Assembly: GCA_963836205.1 (NCBI GenBank)
Contig: CAWIIV010000007.1
Span: forward strand, 1-64,000
DNA from: an uncultured Acidimicrobiia bacterium
GTDB lineage: Bacteria; Actinomycetota; Acidimicrobiia; Acidimicrobiales; AC-14
Direction of reading: 5' to 3'
Length of the DNA: 64,000 nt
Position numbers and translations under genes: made by a program. Below, one piece after another: positions 24,145 through 34,414 of this stretch (within the stretch, counting starts at the first letter, position 1; each line of letters opens with the position of its first letter). The notes under the pieces are model-generated. The model saw nothing but the letters and a program-made list of their open reading frames with translations. It did not search any database and was not told the origin of the DNA.

Positions 24145-25446
24145 ATGACCGGCGCCGAGATCAATGTGCACGTCTTGCTGGCTCTCAGCATCGTGATCGC
24201 GGCGGCCAAGCTGTCGGGCTGGGCCATCTCCCGGATCGGCCAACCTCGGGTGCACGGCGAGATCCTGGCCGGCATCATCCTCGGGCCGAGCCTCCTGGGC
24301 CTCGTGTGGTCGGGCGCCCTCGACTACCTGTTCCCCACGGAGGTGATCGGAGCCCTCCGGGTGCTGGCCCAGGTGGGCCTGGTCCTTTTCATGTTCCTCA
24401 TCGGCCTCGAGCTCGATCTCGACAAACTGCGGGGCAACGGGCACAAGGCAGTGGTCATCAGCCAGATGTCGATCCTCGCCCCGGTCGCACTCGGTGCTCT
24501 GCTCGCGGTCTGGCTCTACCCGAGGCTCGGCGACGACGTCGACCAGCTCGGCTTCACGTTGTTCATGGGGGCGGCGATGGCGATCACCGCCTTCCCGGTG
24601 CTGGCCCGGGTGTTGCAGGAGACGGGTCTCACCCACACGCGCATCGGGGTGCTGGCGATCACCTGCGCGGCCGTCGACGACGTCACCGCCTGGTGCCTGC
24701 TGGCGGTGGTCGTCGCCCTGGTCCAGTCGTCGGGTGCAGCCGCCGTGGCCCAGGTGGTCGCCCTGTCACTCCTGTACCTGATCGTCATGCTCCGTGTGGT
24801 CAGGCCGGCGGTGCGACGGCTTCCCTCCCTGCCCCTCTGGGTCGCGGTCTGCCTTGCCCTCGCCAGCGCCTGGGTCACGGAGCAGATCGGCATCCACGCC
24901 ATCTTCGGCGCCTTCATGGCCGGTGCCGTCATGCCTCGCCGGGCCGACATCCAGCAGGAGATCCACGAGCGCCTGGAGCACGCCGTCCTCGCCTTCCTCC
25001 TGCCTGTCTTCTTCGTGGTCGTCGGGCTCGCCACCCGGGTCGACCTGCTCGACTCGGTCTACCTGTGGGGCGTCACGGCTCTCGTCATCGCCACGGCCGT
25101 CGCCGGCAAGTGGGGCGGCTCCATGCTGGCGGCACGGGTGATGGGCGAGAACTGGCGGGACGCGGCCGCCATCGGCATCCTCATGAACACCCGCGGCCTC
25201 ACCGAGCTGGTGATCCTGAGCGTCGGTCTCGAGCTCGGCGTCATCACCCCCACGATCTTCACGATCATGGTCCTGATGGCGCTCGTCACCACCCTGATGG
25301 CCACACCGATGCTGGCCCTCGTCTCACCGATCTACCACCGGGGGATGACTTCCTCCGATGGGCCGGCGGAGCCCCCGCCGGAGCCGCCGCCTGCCGACGC
25401 CGAGGACGAAACCCCCGGTGCCGGGGTTGGCGTGGCCTCGCCGTAG
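24145..25446 (+). CDS. Cation:proton antiporter (CPA2/Kef type)
   Basis: GEILAGIILGPS, ITAFPVLAR, AAVDDV, MNTRGLTEL; many TM helices; TACCTT -10 box 7 nt before ATG. Confidence 0.92.
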   Translation: MTGAEINVHVLLALSIVIAAAKLSGWAISRIGQPRVHGEILAGIILGPSLLGLVWSGALDYLFPTEVIGALRVLAQVGLVLFMFLIGLELDLDKLRGNGHKAVVISQMSILAPVALGALLAVWLYPRLGDDVDQLGFTLFMGAAMAITAFPVLARVLQETGLTHTRIGVLAITCAAVDDVTAWCLLAVVVALVQSSGAAAVAQVVALSLLYLIVMLRVVRPAVRRLPSLPLWVAVCLALASAWVTEQIGIHAIFGAFMAGAVMPRRADIQQEIHERLEHAVLAFLLPVFFVVVGLATRVDLLDSVYLWGVTALVIATAVAGKWGGSMLAARVMGENWRDAAAIGILMNTRGLTELVILSVGLELGVITPTIFTIMVLMALVTTLMATPMLALVSPIYHRGMTSSDGPAEPPPEPPPADAEDETPGAGVGVASP

Positions 25447-25461
25447 AGAGCTCGGGCCCCC

Positions 25462-25788
25462 TTAGAGGAACTCGGCCAGATCGTCGAGCAAGGCGGCCTT
25501 CGCCTTGGCCCCCACGATGCGCTTCTTGGCCACGCCGTCCTTGAACACGATCATGGTGGGGATGCTCATCACCTGGTACTTGCGGGCCGACGCCGGGTTG
25601 TCGTCGACATTGAGCTTCCAGATGCGGACCTTGCCCTCGTTCTCGGCTGCGATCTGGTCGAGCAGCGGCGCCACCATGCGGCACGGGCCGCACCACTCGG
25701 CCCAGAAGTCGACCACCATGGTGACGTCGGCGGCGGCGACTTCCTCTTCGAACGTGCTGTCGGTGAGGACGTCTACTCCCTCAGCCAT
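25462..25788 (-). CDS. trxA: Thioredoxin
   Basis: VDFWAEWCGPC, SIPT. Confidence 0.97.
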   Translation of the reverse strand: MAEGVDVLTDSTFEEEVAAADVTMVVDFWAEWCGPCRMVAPLLDQIAAENEGKVRIWKLNVDDNPASARKYQVMSIPTMIVFKDGVAKKRIVGAKAKAALLDDLAEFL

Positions 25789-25872
25789 GACCTGCCTCCT
25801 GTAGTACCGGGGGGAGAACATCTCCCTGCTGTCGGTGAAACGCCAGCGCCGCGCTCGGGATTCCGCCCGCAC

Positions 25873-26859
25873 CTACCACTCGGTGGGTGTCCCCGCGATC
25901 TCGGCCTCGTGGGGCTGCGACTCCAACCACCGCTCGGCGTCGATGGCCGCCATACAGCCGGTGCCGGCGGCAGTGATGGCCTGGCGGTAGATGTGGTCGA
26001 CCACGTCGCCGCCGGCGAACACCCCGTCGACGTTGGTGCGGGTGCCGGTGGTGGTCACGAGGTAGCCGTTGTCGTCCATGTCGAGCTTCCCCACGAACAG
26101 CGACGTGTTGGGGACGTGGCCGATGGCGACGAACAGGCCGGCGATGTCGAGCACCGATTCCTCGCCGGTCTTCACGTTGCGGACCTTGACCCCCTCGAGC
26201 ATGCCGTCGCCGAGCAGCTCGACCGGCACCGAGTCCCAGACGAACTCGATGCGCTCGTTCTTGAACGCCCGCTCCTGCATGATCTTCGAGGCCCGCAGCT
26301 GGTCACGGCGGTGGATCACGTAGACCTTGGTGGCGAACTTGGTGAGGAAAGTGGCCTCCTCCAGGGCGGAGTCGCCCCCGCCGACCACGGCGATGGTCTC
26401 GCCCTTGAAGAAGAAGCCGTCGCAGGTGGCGCACGTCGACACCCCGTGGCCGATGAGCTTGATCTCGTTCTCCAGCCCGAGCAGCCTGGCCTTGGCCCCG
26501 GTGGACACGATCACCGAGCGGGCCTGGAACTGCACGTCGCCCACCTCGACGAGGAAGGGCCGCACCGAGAAGTCGACCCGGGTGACCTTCTCGGTGAGGA
26601 ACTCGGCTCCGAAGCGGGCCGCCTGGGCCCGGAAGTTGCCCATCAGCTCCGGCCCCTGGATGCCGTCGACGAAGCCGGGATAGTTCTCCACCTCGGTGGT
26701 GAGCATGAGCTGTCCGCCGGGCTGGTCGCCGGTGGACGACAGCTCACCCTCGATGACCAGGGGACGGAGGTTGGCCCGGGCGGTATAGATGGCCGCCGTC
26801 AGCCCTGCCGGCCCGGAACCGATGATGATCACGTCGCGAACGTCTCGCACTGCCAGCAT
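25873..26859 (-). CDS. trxB: Thioredoxin-disulfide reductase
   Basis: GSGPAG, CATCDG, GGGDSA, YRQAITAAG. Confidence 0.97.
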   Translation of the reverse strand: MLAVRDVRDVIIIGSGPAGLTAAIYTARANLRPLVIEGELSSTGDQPGGQLMLTTEVENYPGFVDGIQGPELMGNFRAQAARFGAEFLTEKVTRVDFSVRPFLVEVGDVQFQARSVIVSTGAKARLLGLENEIKLIGHGVSTCATCDGFFFKGETIAVVGGGDSALEEATFLTKFATKVYVIHRRDQLRASKIMQERAFKNERIEFVWDSVPVELLGDGMLEGVKVRNVKTGEESVLDIAGLFVAIGHVPNTSLFVGKLDMDDNGYLVTTTGTRTNVDGVFAGGDVVDHIYRQAITAAGTGCMAAIDAERWLESQPHEAEIAGTPTEW

Positions 26860-26907
26860 TCTCCTCGATTGGGCGGAACAGGGGACCGACCGGCGGGGAC
26901 GGTTCGG

Positions 26908-27687
26908 TCAGGCCGACTGCGGCTTTGGTGTCCGCTTCGCCCGTGCGAATGACAACCGCCCGCCGGCCACAAATATTGCCCCCAGGACGAGGTACGGGAT
27001 CCACACCGGCCCCGGGATCACCGCCAGCACCCGGAAGAAGAGGATGAGCAGCAGGACCAGGGCGGTGAGGCCCAAGATGGCGGCCAGCAGCCCGTAGACC
27101 ACCATGCGGACGATGCCGACCAGGCGGTCGGAGGTGTTGGCCCGGACCTTGGCCACCACTTCGTCGATGCGGTCGGCGATCTCGGCGGCCCAGTCGGCCT
27201 GCGGGCGGGCCGGGACCGGAGCCGCTTCCGAGCCGGAGGATGGGGTTGTCGCGGGCGCGGTGGGCGGGGGCGTCATCGGGCGGGCGGGGGGCGGTCGGGG
27301 AGTCGCCGGGGGCCTCGGCCGGGCGGCCGGCTTGGTGATGGTGGGCGTCTCGTTGGAAGCCGCTGCCGTGAGGGCGGCCGTGGCGCCGGGCAGATCGACG
27401 GCCGGGGACGCCGGTGAGGCGGGATCCGTCGCCGGCGCTTCGGCGGCGGTCGCCGCCGGGCCTGGGCCGGCGCCCGCGGCACCCGTGACGGGCCGTCGGG
27501 TGGCGGCCGCCCGCGGGGGAGTGGGGGAAGGGGTCTCCGCCGGGGGGGTGGTGAGGCCGCCGGCGCCGTCGGTGGGGGGGACGACGACGGCCAGGATCTC
27601 GGCGGTGGCGGGGTCGCCGGAGGTCCCCGCCGGCGTCGGCGTGAGGGGCCCGGAGTCGGCCGGCGTCAGATTGGGGTCGTCCGCCAC
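26908..27687 (-). CDS. Hypothetical membrane protein, Pro/Ala-rich N-terminus with two C-terminal TMs
   Basis: DWAAEIADRIDEVVAKVR...VVYGLLAAILG; start uncertain. Confidence 0.65.
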   Translation of the reverse strand: MADDPNLTPADSGPLTPTPAGTSGDPATAEILAVVVPPTDGAGGLTTPPAETPSPTPPRAAATRRPVTGAAGAGPGPAATAAEAPATDPASPASPAVDLPGATAALTAAASNETPTITKPAARPRPPATPRPPPARPMTPPPTAPATTPSSGSEAAPVPARPQADWAAEIADRIDEVVAKVRANTSDRLVGIVRMVVYGLLAAILGLTALVLLLILFFRVLAVIPGPVWIPYLVLGAIFVAGGRLSFARAKRTPKPQSA

Positions 27688-27711
27688 GGGCGGGAGCCTA
27701 CCCTTGCCCGG

Positions 27712-28077
27712 GTGCGGTTCACTCTTTCCCTCGTCGCCGGGGCCATGGTGGCGGCTGTGGCCGCCGTCCTCCTCGGTGAGTACGCCTTCGACGGCCTGGC
27801 CGTGATCGGGGCGGGCCTGGTCCTCGGCCTGTTCGTCTCCGAGGCCACGACCAGCGTCGCCCGCCGCCGGTCGCTGCTGCTGGCCGTCGTCGGCGCCCTG
27901 TACACCGTGGGCGGCCTGCTCGGGGCGGCGTGGATATCCACCGATCACCGGCTGTCGATCGTGGGCTTCAAGGGGTGGCTGGCGGTGGCGTTGGGCGCGG
28001 CCGCGGCCGCCTTCAGGGCCCGGCCGCTTCGAGAACGACCCGACAGCCCCCCGCCTGAGCCAGGGCCAGAAGAGTGA
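27712..28077 (+). CDS. Hypothetical 4-TM membrane protein
   Basis: Hydrophobic ORF with typical codon bias. Confidence 0.65.
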   Translation: MRFTLSLVAGAMVAAVAAVLLGEYAFDGLAVIGAGLVLGLFVSEATTSVARRRSLLLAVVGALYTVGGLLGAAWISTDHRLSIVGFKGWLAVALGAAAAAFRARPLRERPDSPPPEPGPEE

Positions 28078-29188
28078 CGGGCCCGGCGACGTCAGGGGCG
28101 GGGTCGAAGCCGAGCACCACCACCGGGACGCCTTGCACCCGGCCGGTGGCGAAGTAGACGACGGTCCCCAGGCCGGAACGGGCGGACCGGACCTCCATCT
28201 CGCACGGGCGGGTGCCGACGACCTTGGGTGTGAGGTCGGCGTCGGCCTCCGCCGACGCGATCCCGGCGGGCGCGGCTGCCTCCGGCGCCACCTGCCGTTG
28301 GACCAGCACCGATTGGGCCCGCTGGGCCAGGGTGGTCGCATCGGCGATGTCGCCCAGGTCGCCGCCGTTGACGCCGAGGACGAGATCGGGCGGGGCTGCG
28401 AGGGCGCCCGACACCCCGGCACCGCCCACCGAATCGCCGGCCAGGTCGGTGGCGGTGCGCTCCTGGGTGGGACCGGCCGCCACGGTGGTGTTTTCGTCCC
28501 GGCCGGTGCCCTGGCCGAGCACGCCCACCCCCACCAGGATGGCCACCACCACGGCCGCGGCCGAGCCCACCCCGATCCAGACCCCGGAACGGTCGCCCCC
28601 CCGACTCCGACGGCGGCCGGCGGTGATGGGGATGGGCGCCGCCGGCCCCGGCCGCGACGGCACCGGCCGACCGCCGGAAATGCCACCGCCACCGCCACCG
28701 CCGCCGCTGGAGCGTGCACCGGCACCACCGGCACCACCGGCAGCCCCCACATCGCCGGCGCGAGCGGAGCGGCCGTCGCCGGCCCCGGCAGCATCGGCGG
28801 CGCCAGAACGCCCGGCGCGGGCGGGACGAGCATCGCCGTCCCCGGCACCGAAAGGCCCGGCGCGGGCGGGACGACCATCACCGTCCCCGGGGCGGCTCTC
28901 CGCCGTTCCTGGCAAACGATGACCTTCCGTGATATCTGACGTGCTTTCGACCGCCGAATCGAGCGCCCGGGCGATGGCCCGGTCACGGGCCGACGGGACC
29001 CGGGGCGGCACGGGGGTGGCGACCAGGGCGCTCGCCGTCCGCAGCCAGCGCAGCTTGGTGCGGCACTCGGCGCAACCGGCGACGTGCTCCTGGAGGGTGG
29101 ACGCCTCCGCGCCGGCGGTCTCGCCGTCGGCGTGGGCGCTCAGCGCCTCGAGGTCGGGATGTCCGGGGAGGGTGTCGTCGGTGCTCAT
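28013..29188 (-). CDS. Zinc-binding (HxxxCxxC) transmembrane anti-sigma factor
   Basis: LSAHADGE...HVAGCAEC; one TM; start overlaps the sigma stop. Confidence 0.88.
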   Translation of the reverse strand: MSTDDTLPGHPDLEALSAHADGETAGAEASTLQEHVAGCAECRTKLRWLRTASALVATPVPPRVPSARDRAIARALDSAVESTSDITEGHRLPGTAESRPGDGDGRPARAGPFGAGDGDARPARAGRSGAADAAGAGDGRSARAGDVGAAGGAGGAGARSSGGGGGGGGISGGRPVPSRPGPAAPIPITAGRRRSRGGDRSGVWIGVGSAAAVVVAILVGVGVLGQGTGRDENTTVAAGPTQERTATDLAGDSVGGAGVSGALAAPPDLVLGVNGGDLGDIADATTLAQRAQSVLVQRQVAPEAAAPAGIASAEADADLTPKVVGTRPCEMEVRSARSGLGTVVYFATGRVQGVPVVVLGFDPAPDVAGPVTLLALAQAGGCRVVLEAAGP

Positions 29189-29733
29189 GCTTGTCCCGTT
29201 GGACGTTCGCCGGGGGCCGGCGGGTTCCCGTCCGGGTCGAGGAACGGGATCAGGGCCGACCTGCCCCGGGCGATCCGCGACCGGACGGTGCCGATGGGCA
29301 CGGCGAGCACCTCCGCGATCTCGCCGTACGACAGGCCGCACAGGTCGCGCAGCACCACCGCCACCCGGTACTCGGGGACCAGGCCGGTGAGGGCGGCGTC
29401 GACCGCCACCCGGGTGTCGACCCCCGAGTACTCGTCGACCCCACTGCCGCCCAAACCCTCGTCCGAGGGCAGCCCGGGTTCCGGACGCCGTCGGCGCCGG
29501 CGCAGCTCGTCCAGGCAGGCATTGGTGGCCACCCGGTAGGCCCACGTCGAGAACGACGACCGCCCGTCGAAGCCGCCCAACGCCCGCACGATGGCGATCA
29601 ACGCCTCCTGGCAGGCGTCGGCGCCGTCGGCGTCGTTGCCCGTCACCCGCCGGCAGAGGGCGTAGAGACGGTCGTGGTGGCGGCGCAGGAGGGTGTCGAG
29701 GGCGCCCCGATCGCCGTCCTGGGCCGCCGCCAC
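29185..29733 (-). CDS. sigM: ECF sigma factor, SigM-like
   Basis: DACQEAL, FDGRSSFSTWAYRVATNACLD, SYGEIAEVL..PIGTVRSRIARGR; synteny upstream of trxB. Confidence 0.85.
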   Translation of the reverse strand: MAAAQDGDRGALDTLLRRHHDRLYALCRRVTGNDADGADACQEALIAIVRALGGFDGRSSFSTWAYRVATNACLDELRRRRRRPEPGLPSDEGLGGSGVDEYSGVDTRVAVDAALTGLVPEYRVAVVLRDLCGLSYGEIAEVLAVPIGTVRSRIARGRSALIPFLDPDGNPPAPGERPTGQA

Positions 29734-29826
29734 CAGGGCCGCGTCGCTCCGGTCGTCTCCGATGGGCCGAGAGCGTACCGATCCGCCAACACCCAGGCAG
29801 GCCGGCGGTCAGGCCGGCATCGACCG

Positions 29827-31365
29827 TCAGGCGGCGGTGAGCTGCACGTCGCCGATGGCGAGGGACGTGCTCGTGGGGTTGGTGATCCACACCAGCACCG
29901 CCGCCCCCGTCGTCCCGTCGAGATCGAAGGTGGCGTTCGCCCCAACGCCCTTCCTGGTCGCCACCGCCGAGCCCCACGCGGCCCGGCTCGACCGGGACGC
30001 GTCGGCCACGACCACCTCGGCGTCGAAGTTGCGGCTGGTGCCCACCAGCTCGAGCTCGCCCAGCTCGGCCGGACCGTCGAGCACGAGCACGAAACCCAGG
30101 CCCGGCTTGAGCCCGGCGAAGTTCGCCCCCCCGTACTGCGACGACCGCCACGTCGTGGATGGGTCGTCGTCGACCAGGTTGCCGACCTCGTCCTCGTGCT
30201 CCTCGCCGTCGCCGTTGGGATCGAACGAGGTCACCGACGCGATGGACACAGCGGCCGCCCCGCCGCCCCCGCCGCCCCCGTCCCCGTCTCCCGTCTCGCT
30301 CGGCTGATCGCCCAGCAGGCGTTGGCCGGTGTCGGACCGGGCGAAGATCACGCCCACGATCCCCAGGGTGACGGCCACCACCACGATGAGCACGGTGGGC
30401 ACCATCCACGAACGCTCGCTCTGGGCGAAGGTCTGGGGGACGCCGTGGGGTGGGGTGTCCTCCCGGACGATCATCGGCACCGCGTCGTCGGACCGGGTGT
30501 CGACCGACAGCAGCGCGCTCTGGAGGGCGGCGGCGGTGGGGTAGCGGTCGTCGGCCGACTTCGCCATCGCCTTGAGCACCACCGCCTCCAGGGGCCGGGG
30601 GATGCCGGCCCGCACCTGGCGGGGGTTGAGCGGCTTCTTGTCGACGTGCTGGATGCCGATGGCCATGTCGGTGTTGCCCACGAACGGGGCCCGGCCGCAC
30701 AACATCTCGTAGAGCACGACGCCGAGGGCGTAGACGTCGGCCCGGCGGTCGACGGGCTTGCCCTCGAACTGCTCGGGCGACAGGTACTTGGCCGTGCCCA
30801 CCACCATCCCGGTGCCGGTGAGGTCCCAGTCGGCCCCCGCGCCCACGGCTCCCACCAGGGCGGCCTTGGCGATGCCGAAGTCGGCCACCTTCACCCGCCC
30901 GTCGGGGCAGAGGAGGATGTTGGCCGGCTTCACGTCCCGGTGGACGATGCCCGCCTGGTGGGCGTAGTGGAGCGCCCCCGCCACCTGGGCCGCGATGGTG
31001 GTGGCCTCGGGGGAGTCGAGGGGACCCCGGTCCACCAGGACGTCCTTCAGGGTGCGGCCGTCGACCAGCTCCATGACGATGAAGGCCAGGCCGCCCTCGA
31101 CGCTCACGTCGACGCCCGTGTCGTACGTGGCGACGATGTTGGGGTGGGCCAGGCGGGCGGCGGCGATCGCCTCCCGCCGGAACCGCTCGAGGAAGGACGG
31201 GTCGGCGGCCAGCTCGGGCAGGAGGACCTTGACCGCCACCGAGCGGCCGAGCACGTCGTCGCCCGCCTCCCACACCTCGGCCATGCCGCCCCGGGCGATC
31301 TGGTGGCGGAGCCGGTAGCGCCCGCCGATGAGCTGGCCGGGAGAGATGAGGTCGGGTGCGATCAA
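29827..31365 (-). CDS. Hanks-type Ser/Thr protein kinase, TM, extracellular C-terminal domain
   Basis: GGMAEVW, VAVK, HRDVKPANIL, DFGIAK, GTAKYLSPEQ. Confidence 0.95.
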   Translation of the reverse strand: MIAPDLISPGQLIGGRYRLRHQIARGGMAEVWEAGDDVLGRSVAVKVLLPELAADPSFLERFRREAIAAARLAHPNIVATYDTGVDVSVEGGLAFIVMELVDGRTLKDVLVDRGPLDSPEATTIAAQVAGALHYAHQAGIVHRDVKPANILLCPDGRVKVADFGIAKAALVGAVGAGADWDLTGTGMVVGTAKYLSPEQFEGKPVDRRADVYALGVVLYEMLCGRAPFVGNTDMAIGIQHVDKKPLNPRQVRAGIPRPLEAVVLKAMAKSADDRYPTAAALQSALLSVDTRSDDAVPMIVREDTPPHGVPQTFAQSERSWMVPTVLIVVVAVTLGIVGVIFARSDTGQRLLGDQPSETGDGDGGGGGGGAAAVSIASVTSFDPNGDGEEHEDEVGNLVDDDPSTTWRSSQYGGANFAGLKPGLGFVLVLDGPAELGELELVGTSRNFDAEVVVADASRSSRAAWGSAVATRKGVGANATFDLDGTTGAAVLVWITNPTSTSLAIGDVQLTAA

Positions 31366-31378
31366 TGGTCCTGTCTTG

Positions 31379-32221
31379 TTAGCCGGGCACCTGGAAGGCC
31401 ACCCCGATGGTACGGGGCCCGGTGTGGCTTCCGACCACCGCCCCCAGCTGGCCGATCACGATCCGCTCCCGGGGGAAATGGGGCGCCAGCAGTTCGATGA
31501 AGGCGTCGACGTCGGGGGCGTCGCCGTGGAGGACGGCGAGGTTCTCGAGCCTCGGCTCCGCCGTCACCCGGTCGACCAGGTACTGGAGGGCCTTCGACCG
31601 GGTGCGGACCTTGGGGCCGGCCTCGACCGCCCCGTCGACCACCTCGATGACCGGCTTCACCGACAGCATGGTGCCCATCAGGGCCTTGGCCGCCCCGATG
31701 CGGCCACCCTTCTTGAGGTTCTCCAGGGTGTCGAGGGTGGCGTGGATCCTGGTCCGGGCACCCATGTCCTCGGCCATGGCCACGATCTCGTCCACCGAGG
31801 CGCCGGCCGCGCCCGCCTTGGCCGCCTCGATGCAGATCGTCCCCAGGCCCAGGCTCACCGACTTGGAGTCGACCGCCCGCACCGGCAGCTCGCCGGCCAT
31901 GGCCTTGGCCGCCGTCTCCGCGGCCTGGATGGTGGCCGACAGCTTCGACGACAGGTTGATGCACACCACGCCGGACGCGCCGGCCGCGGCTGCGTCGCGA
32001 AAGGCCTGCTCGAAGGCACCGGGGGACGGCGCCGCGGTCGACGGCAGCACCGCCGAGGCGGCCGACCGGGCCCAGAAGGCGGACGGGGTGAGGTCGCGCC
32101 CGTCGACGAACTCCTCGTCGCCGAAGCGGATCGACAGCGGCACCACCGTGATCCCGTGTTCCTTGACGACCGCCGCCGGAAGGTCGCAACTGCTGTCGGT
32201 GACCACTCGCACGACGGCCAT
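31379..32221 (-). CDS. DegV family fatty-acid-binding protein
   Basis: VTDSSCDLP, STAAPSPG, SSKLSAT, LKKGGRIG, HTGP. Confidence 0.93.
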   Translation of the reverse strand: MAVVRVVTDSSCDLPAAVVKEHGITVVPLSIRFGDEEFVDGRDLTPSAFWARSAASAVLPSTAAPSPGAFEQAFRDAAAAGASGVVCINLSSKLSATIQAAETAAKAMAGELPVRAVDSKSVSLGLGTICIEAAKAGAAGASVDEIVAMAEDMGARTRIHATLDTLENLKKGGRIGAAKALMGTMLSVKPVIEVVDGAVEAGPKVRTRSKALQYLVDRVTAEPRLENLAVLHGDAPDVDAFIELLAPHFPRERIVIGQLGAVVGSHTGPRTIGVAFQVPG

Positions 32222-32227
32222 GGATCG

Positions 32228-34414
32228 CTAGCCTCCTCCGAGGGTGCCCGGCGTGGGGAACGGCGGGGACTCGTTGTTGGGGTCCCCGGTGGCGGTGGAT
32301 GGCGGCGCGTGGGGGGGACCAGGGACGGCTTGGACGGTAGTGCCCCCGGTGATGATGCGGAGCGGGGGAGGGGCGGGGGCCAGCTCCAGCCCTTCGAGCT
32401 CCGACGGTTCCATCAGCCGCCGGGCCCGCCGGCCCTTCATGGAATGTCGTCCCCACCAGAGGGCGAGGAACAGGGCCGCCCCGATGGAGATGGCCAGCCC
32501 CACGCCCGACGTGGCCGTGGAGCGGACGGTGAGCCGGGCCCGGCCCACGATGAGGTCGCCGTCGGGCGACTCCAGTGTGATGCGGATGGGGAAGGTGCCC
32601 GACGTCCGGGCCACCACGGGGAAGCGGTGGGTGGTGTTGAGCCGGGTGAGGTCGATCTCCAGCCGGGCGCCGCCGGGGAAGTCGAGCTTGTCGCTCTCCA
32701 TCCGCACCACCACCTTGACCGGGTGGCCGGTGTGGTTCTGGAACGTCACCGGGATCTCCCCCTCGCGGGAGGTGAGGGTGATCGACCGGTCCTGGGGCAT
32801 GACGATGCCGCCCAGCTGCTCGTCGATGGCGTCGCCCACGCCGGCCAGGTAGGGCTCCCGTTGGCGGACGGAGCGGAAGTCGGCCGACTCGGTGACGAGC
32901 AGTCGCTCGCCGAGGTTGCCCGACACCGCGTTGGTCGGCCCCAGGACGGAACCGAGGGCGTCGAGGCGGCGCCGCACGGAGCGGATCTCGTCGACCAGCC
33001 CGGTGAGGCTGCCCCCGGGGTCGACCACCGGCCGCCGGACGAGGGGTTCGCCCAGGTCGGTGGCGTCGGGCACGGTGGCGAACAGGTCGTCGAGGCCGAT
33101 GGCCGCCACCACCGGGTGGTTGGCCAGCCCCGCCCGGAAGGTGTCGAGGAACACCCGGTCGGGCTGCCACTCCCGGGGGGCGAGGGCCACCACGCCCCGA
33201 TCGTCGCCGGGCAGGTCGAGGTAGAGCACGGCCAGGTCGGCCAGCAGGTGGCTGGCCTGGAGGGCGGGGTTGGCCTTGCCTTCCTGGTCTGGGCCGGCGA
33301 AGTGGGCGGTCAGCCCCGCGTCGGCCGCCGCCCCGTGCACCGTCGACCGTTCGCCGTCGAGCTGGAACGGGCCGGTGAGGGTGACGAGCTGGTCCGGGAT
33401 GGGGCTGAGCCCGGCCTCGGTGGCCACCACCTGGTCGACGCCGTAGCGGCCGGCGAGCAGGTCGATCGAGGCCGCGTCGAGCGGTTCCTGGGCCACCCAC
33501 GTGCGGCTCACCGGCTCGGGCACCCGGAGGACCTCGCTCAGGGTCGTCGTCCCCCGCTCCATCTGCAGGGCGACCTCGTCGTCGAGGCCGGCGGCGCTGA
33601 GGGCGGGCAGGCTGACGGGGACGTAGGTGCCGCCGATGAGCGACCGGTCGGACACCGCTTCCCGGAGCGACGTGAGCACGACCCCCGCCCGGGGGTCGTT
33701 GCTTGCCACCAGGGAGGCCACCGTCTCCGGCGTGGGGACGAACGACACCGGCAGGCTGCCGGCGGCGTCGATGGCGAGCGCCAAGCCGGCCAGCTCGGTC
33801 TCGTCCGGGCGGCGGCGGGTGCCGTCGGGCTGGAGCGCGGGCTGGTCGTGGATGGGCAGGACGACGGCGACGCCCAGCTTGGGCCCGATGTGCTCGCCCG
33901 GCAGGTAGACGAGGTGGGTGACGAACTCGTCGAGCACGTCGAAGTCGTCGCGGTCGCGCAGCTCGACCCGAACCGGGTGGACGCCGTCGCGGAAGCCGAG
34001 GCCGGCGGTGACGGCCACCGAGTAGTCGCCGTTGGGCTCGGGGTTGAGTCCGCCGAGGGGGAACACCGCCACCGGCAGCTCCGGCTCGCCGAAGATGCGG
34101 TTCTCGAGCGTCTCCTGGAACTCCGACCGGAAGGCGACGGCGGCGTACACGCTCACCGCCACCTCCAGGTTCGAAGGCCCCGTCGGCCGGGTGACCTTGA
34201 AGCGCACGCCCCACTGCCCGTCGGCCACGGCCACGTACGGGGTCTGGGCCACGAAGTCGATCGCCCCCGTGCCCGTGCCCGTGCCTGTCGGCTGGGTGCG
34301 GGCGGCGGCGCGGGCGGCGGCGGCGGCGGTGGTGGTGGCGGCGGTGGTCGCCACGGCGAGGACGATCGCGGCGGCCACGAATGCGGACGCCGTCCGGCGG
34401 AGTTGCGTCGTCAC
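32228..34414 (-). CDS. DUF6049-like secreted/membrane-anchored protein
   Basis: Signal peptide, C-terminal ITLTSREG.IPVT.QN module and TM; conserved oriC-region position. Confidence 0.75.
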   Translation of the reverse strand: MTTQLRRTASAFVAAAIVLAVATTAATTTAAAAARAAARTQPTGTGTGTGAIDFVAQTPYVAVADGQWGVRFKVTRPTGPSNLEVAVSVYAAVAFRSEFQETLENRIFGEPELPVAVFPLGGLNPEPNGDYSVAVTAGLGFRDGVHPVRVELRDRDDFDVLDEFVTHLVYLPGEHIGPKLGVAVVLPIHDQPALQPDGTRRRPDETELAGLALAIDAAGSLPVSFVPTPETVASLVASNDPRAGVVLTSLREAVSDRSLIGGTYVPVSLPALSAAGLDDEVALQMERGTTTLSEVLRVPEPVSRTWVAQEPLDAASIDLLAGRYGVDQVVATEAGLSPIPDQLVTLTGPFQLDGERSTVHGAAADAGLTAHFAGPDQEGKANPALQASHLLADLAVLYLDLPGDDRGVVALAPREWQPDRVFLDTFRAGLANHPVVAAIGLDDLFATVPDATDLGEPLVRRPVVDPGGSLTGLVDEIRSVRRRLDALGSVLGPTNAVSGNLGERLLVTESADFRSVRQREPYLAGVGDAIDEQLGGIVMPQDRSITLTSREGEIPVTFQNHTGHPVKVVVRMESDKLDFPGGARLEIDLTRLNTTHRFPVVARTSGTFPIRITLESPDGDLIVGRARLTVRSTATSGVGLAISIGAALFLALWWGRHSMKGRRARRLMEPSELEGLELAPAPPPLRIITGGTTVQAVPGPPHAPPSTATGDPNNESPPFPTPGTLGGG

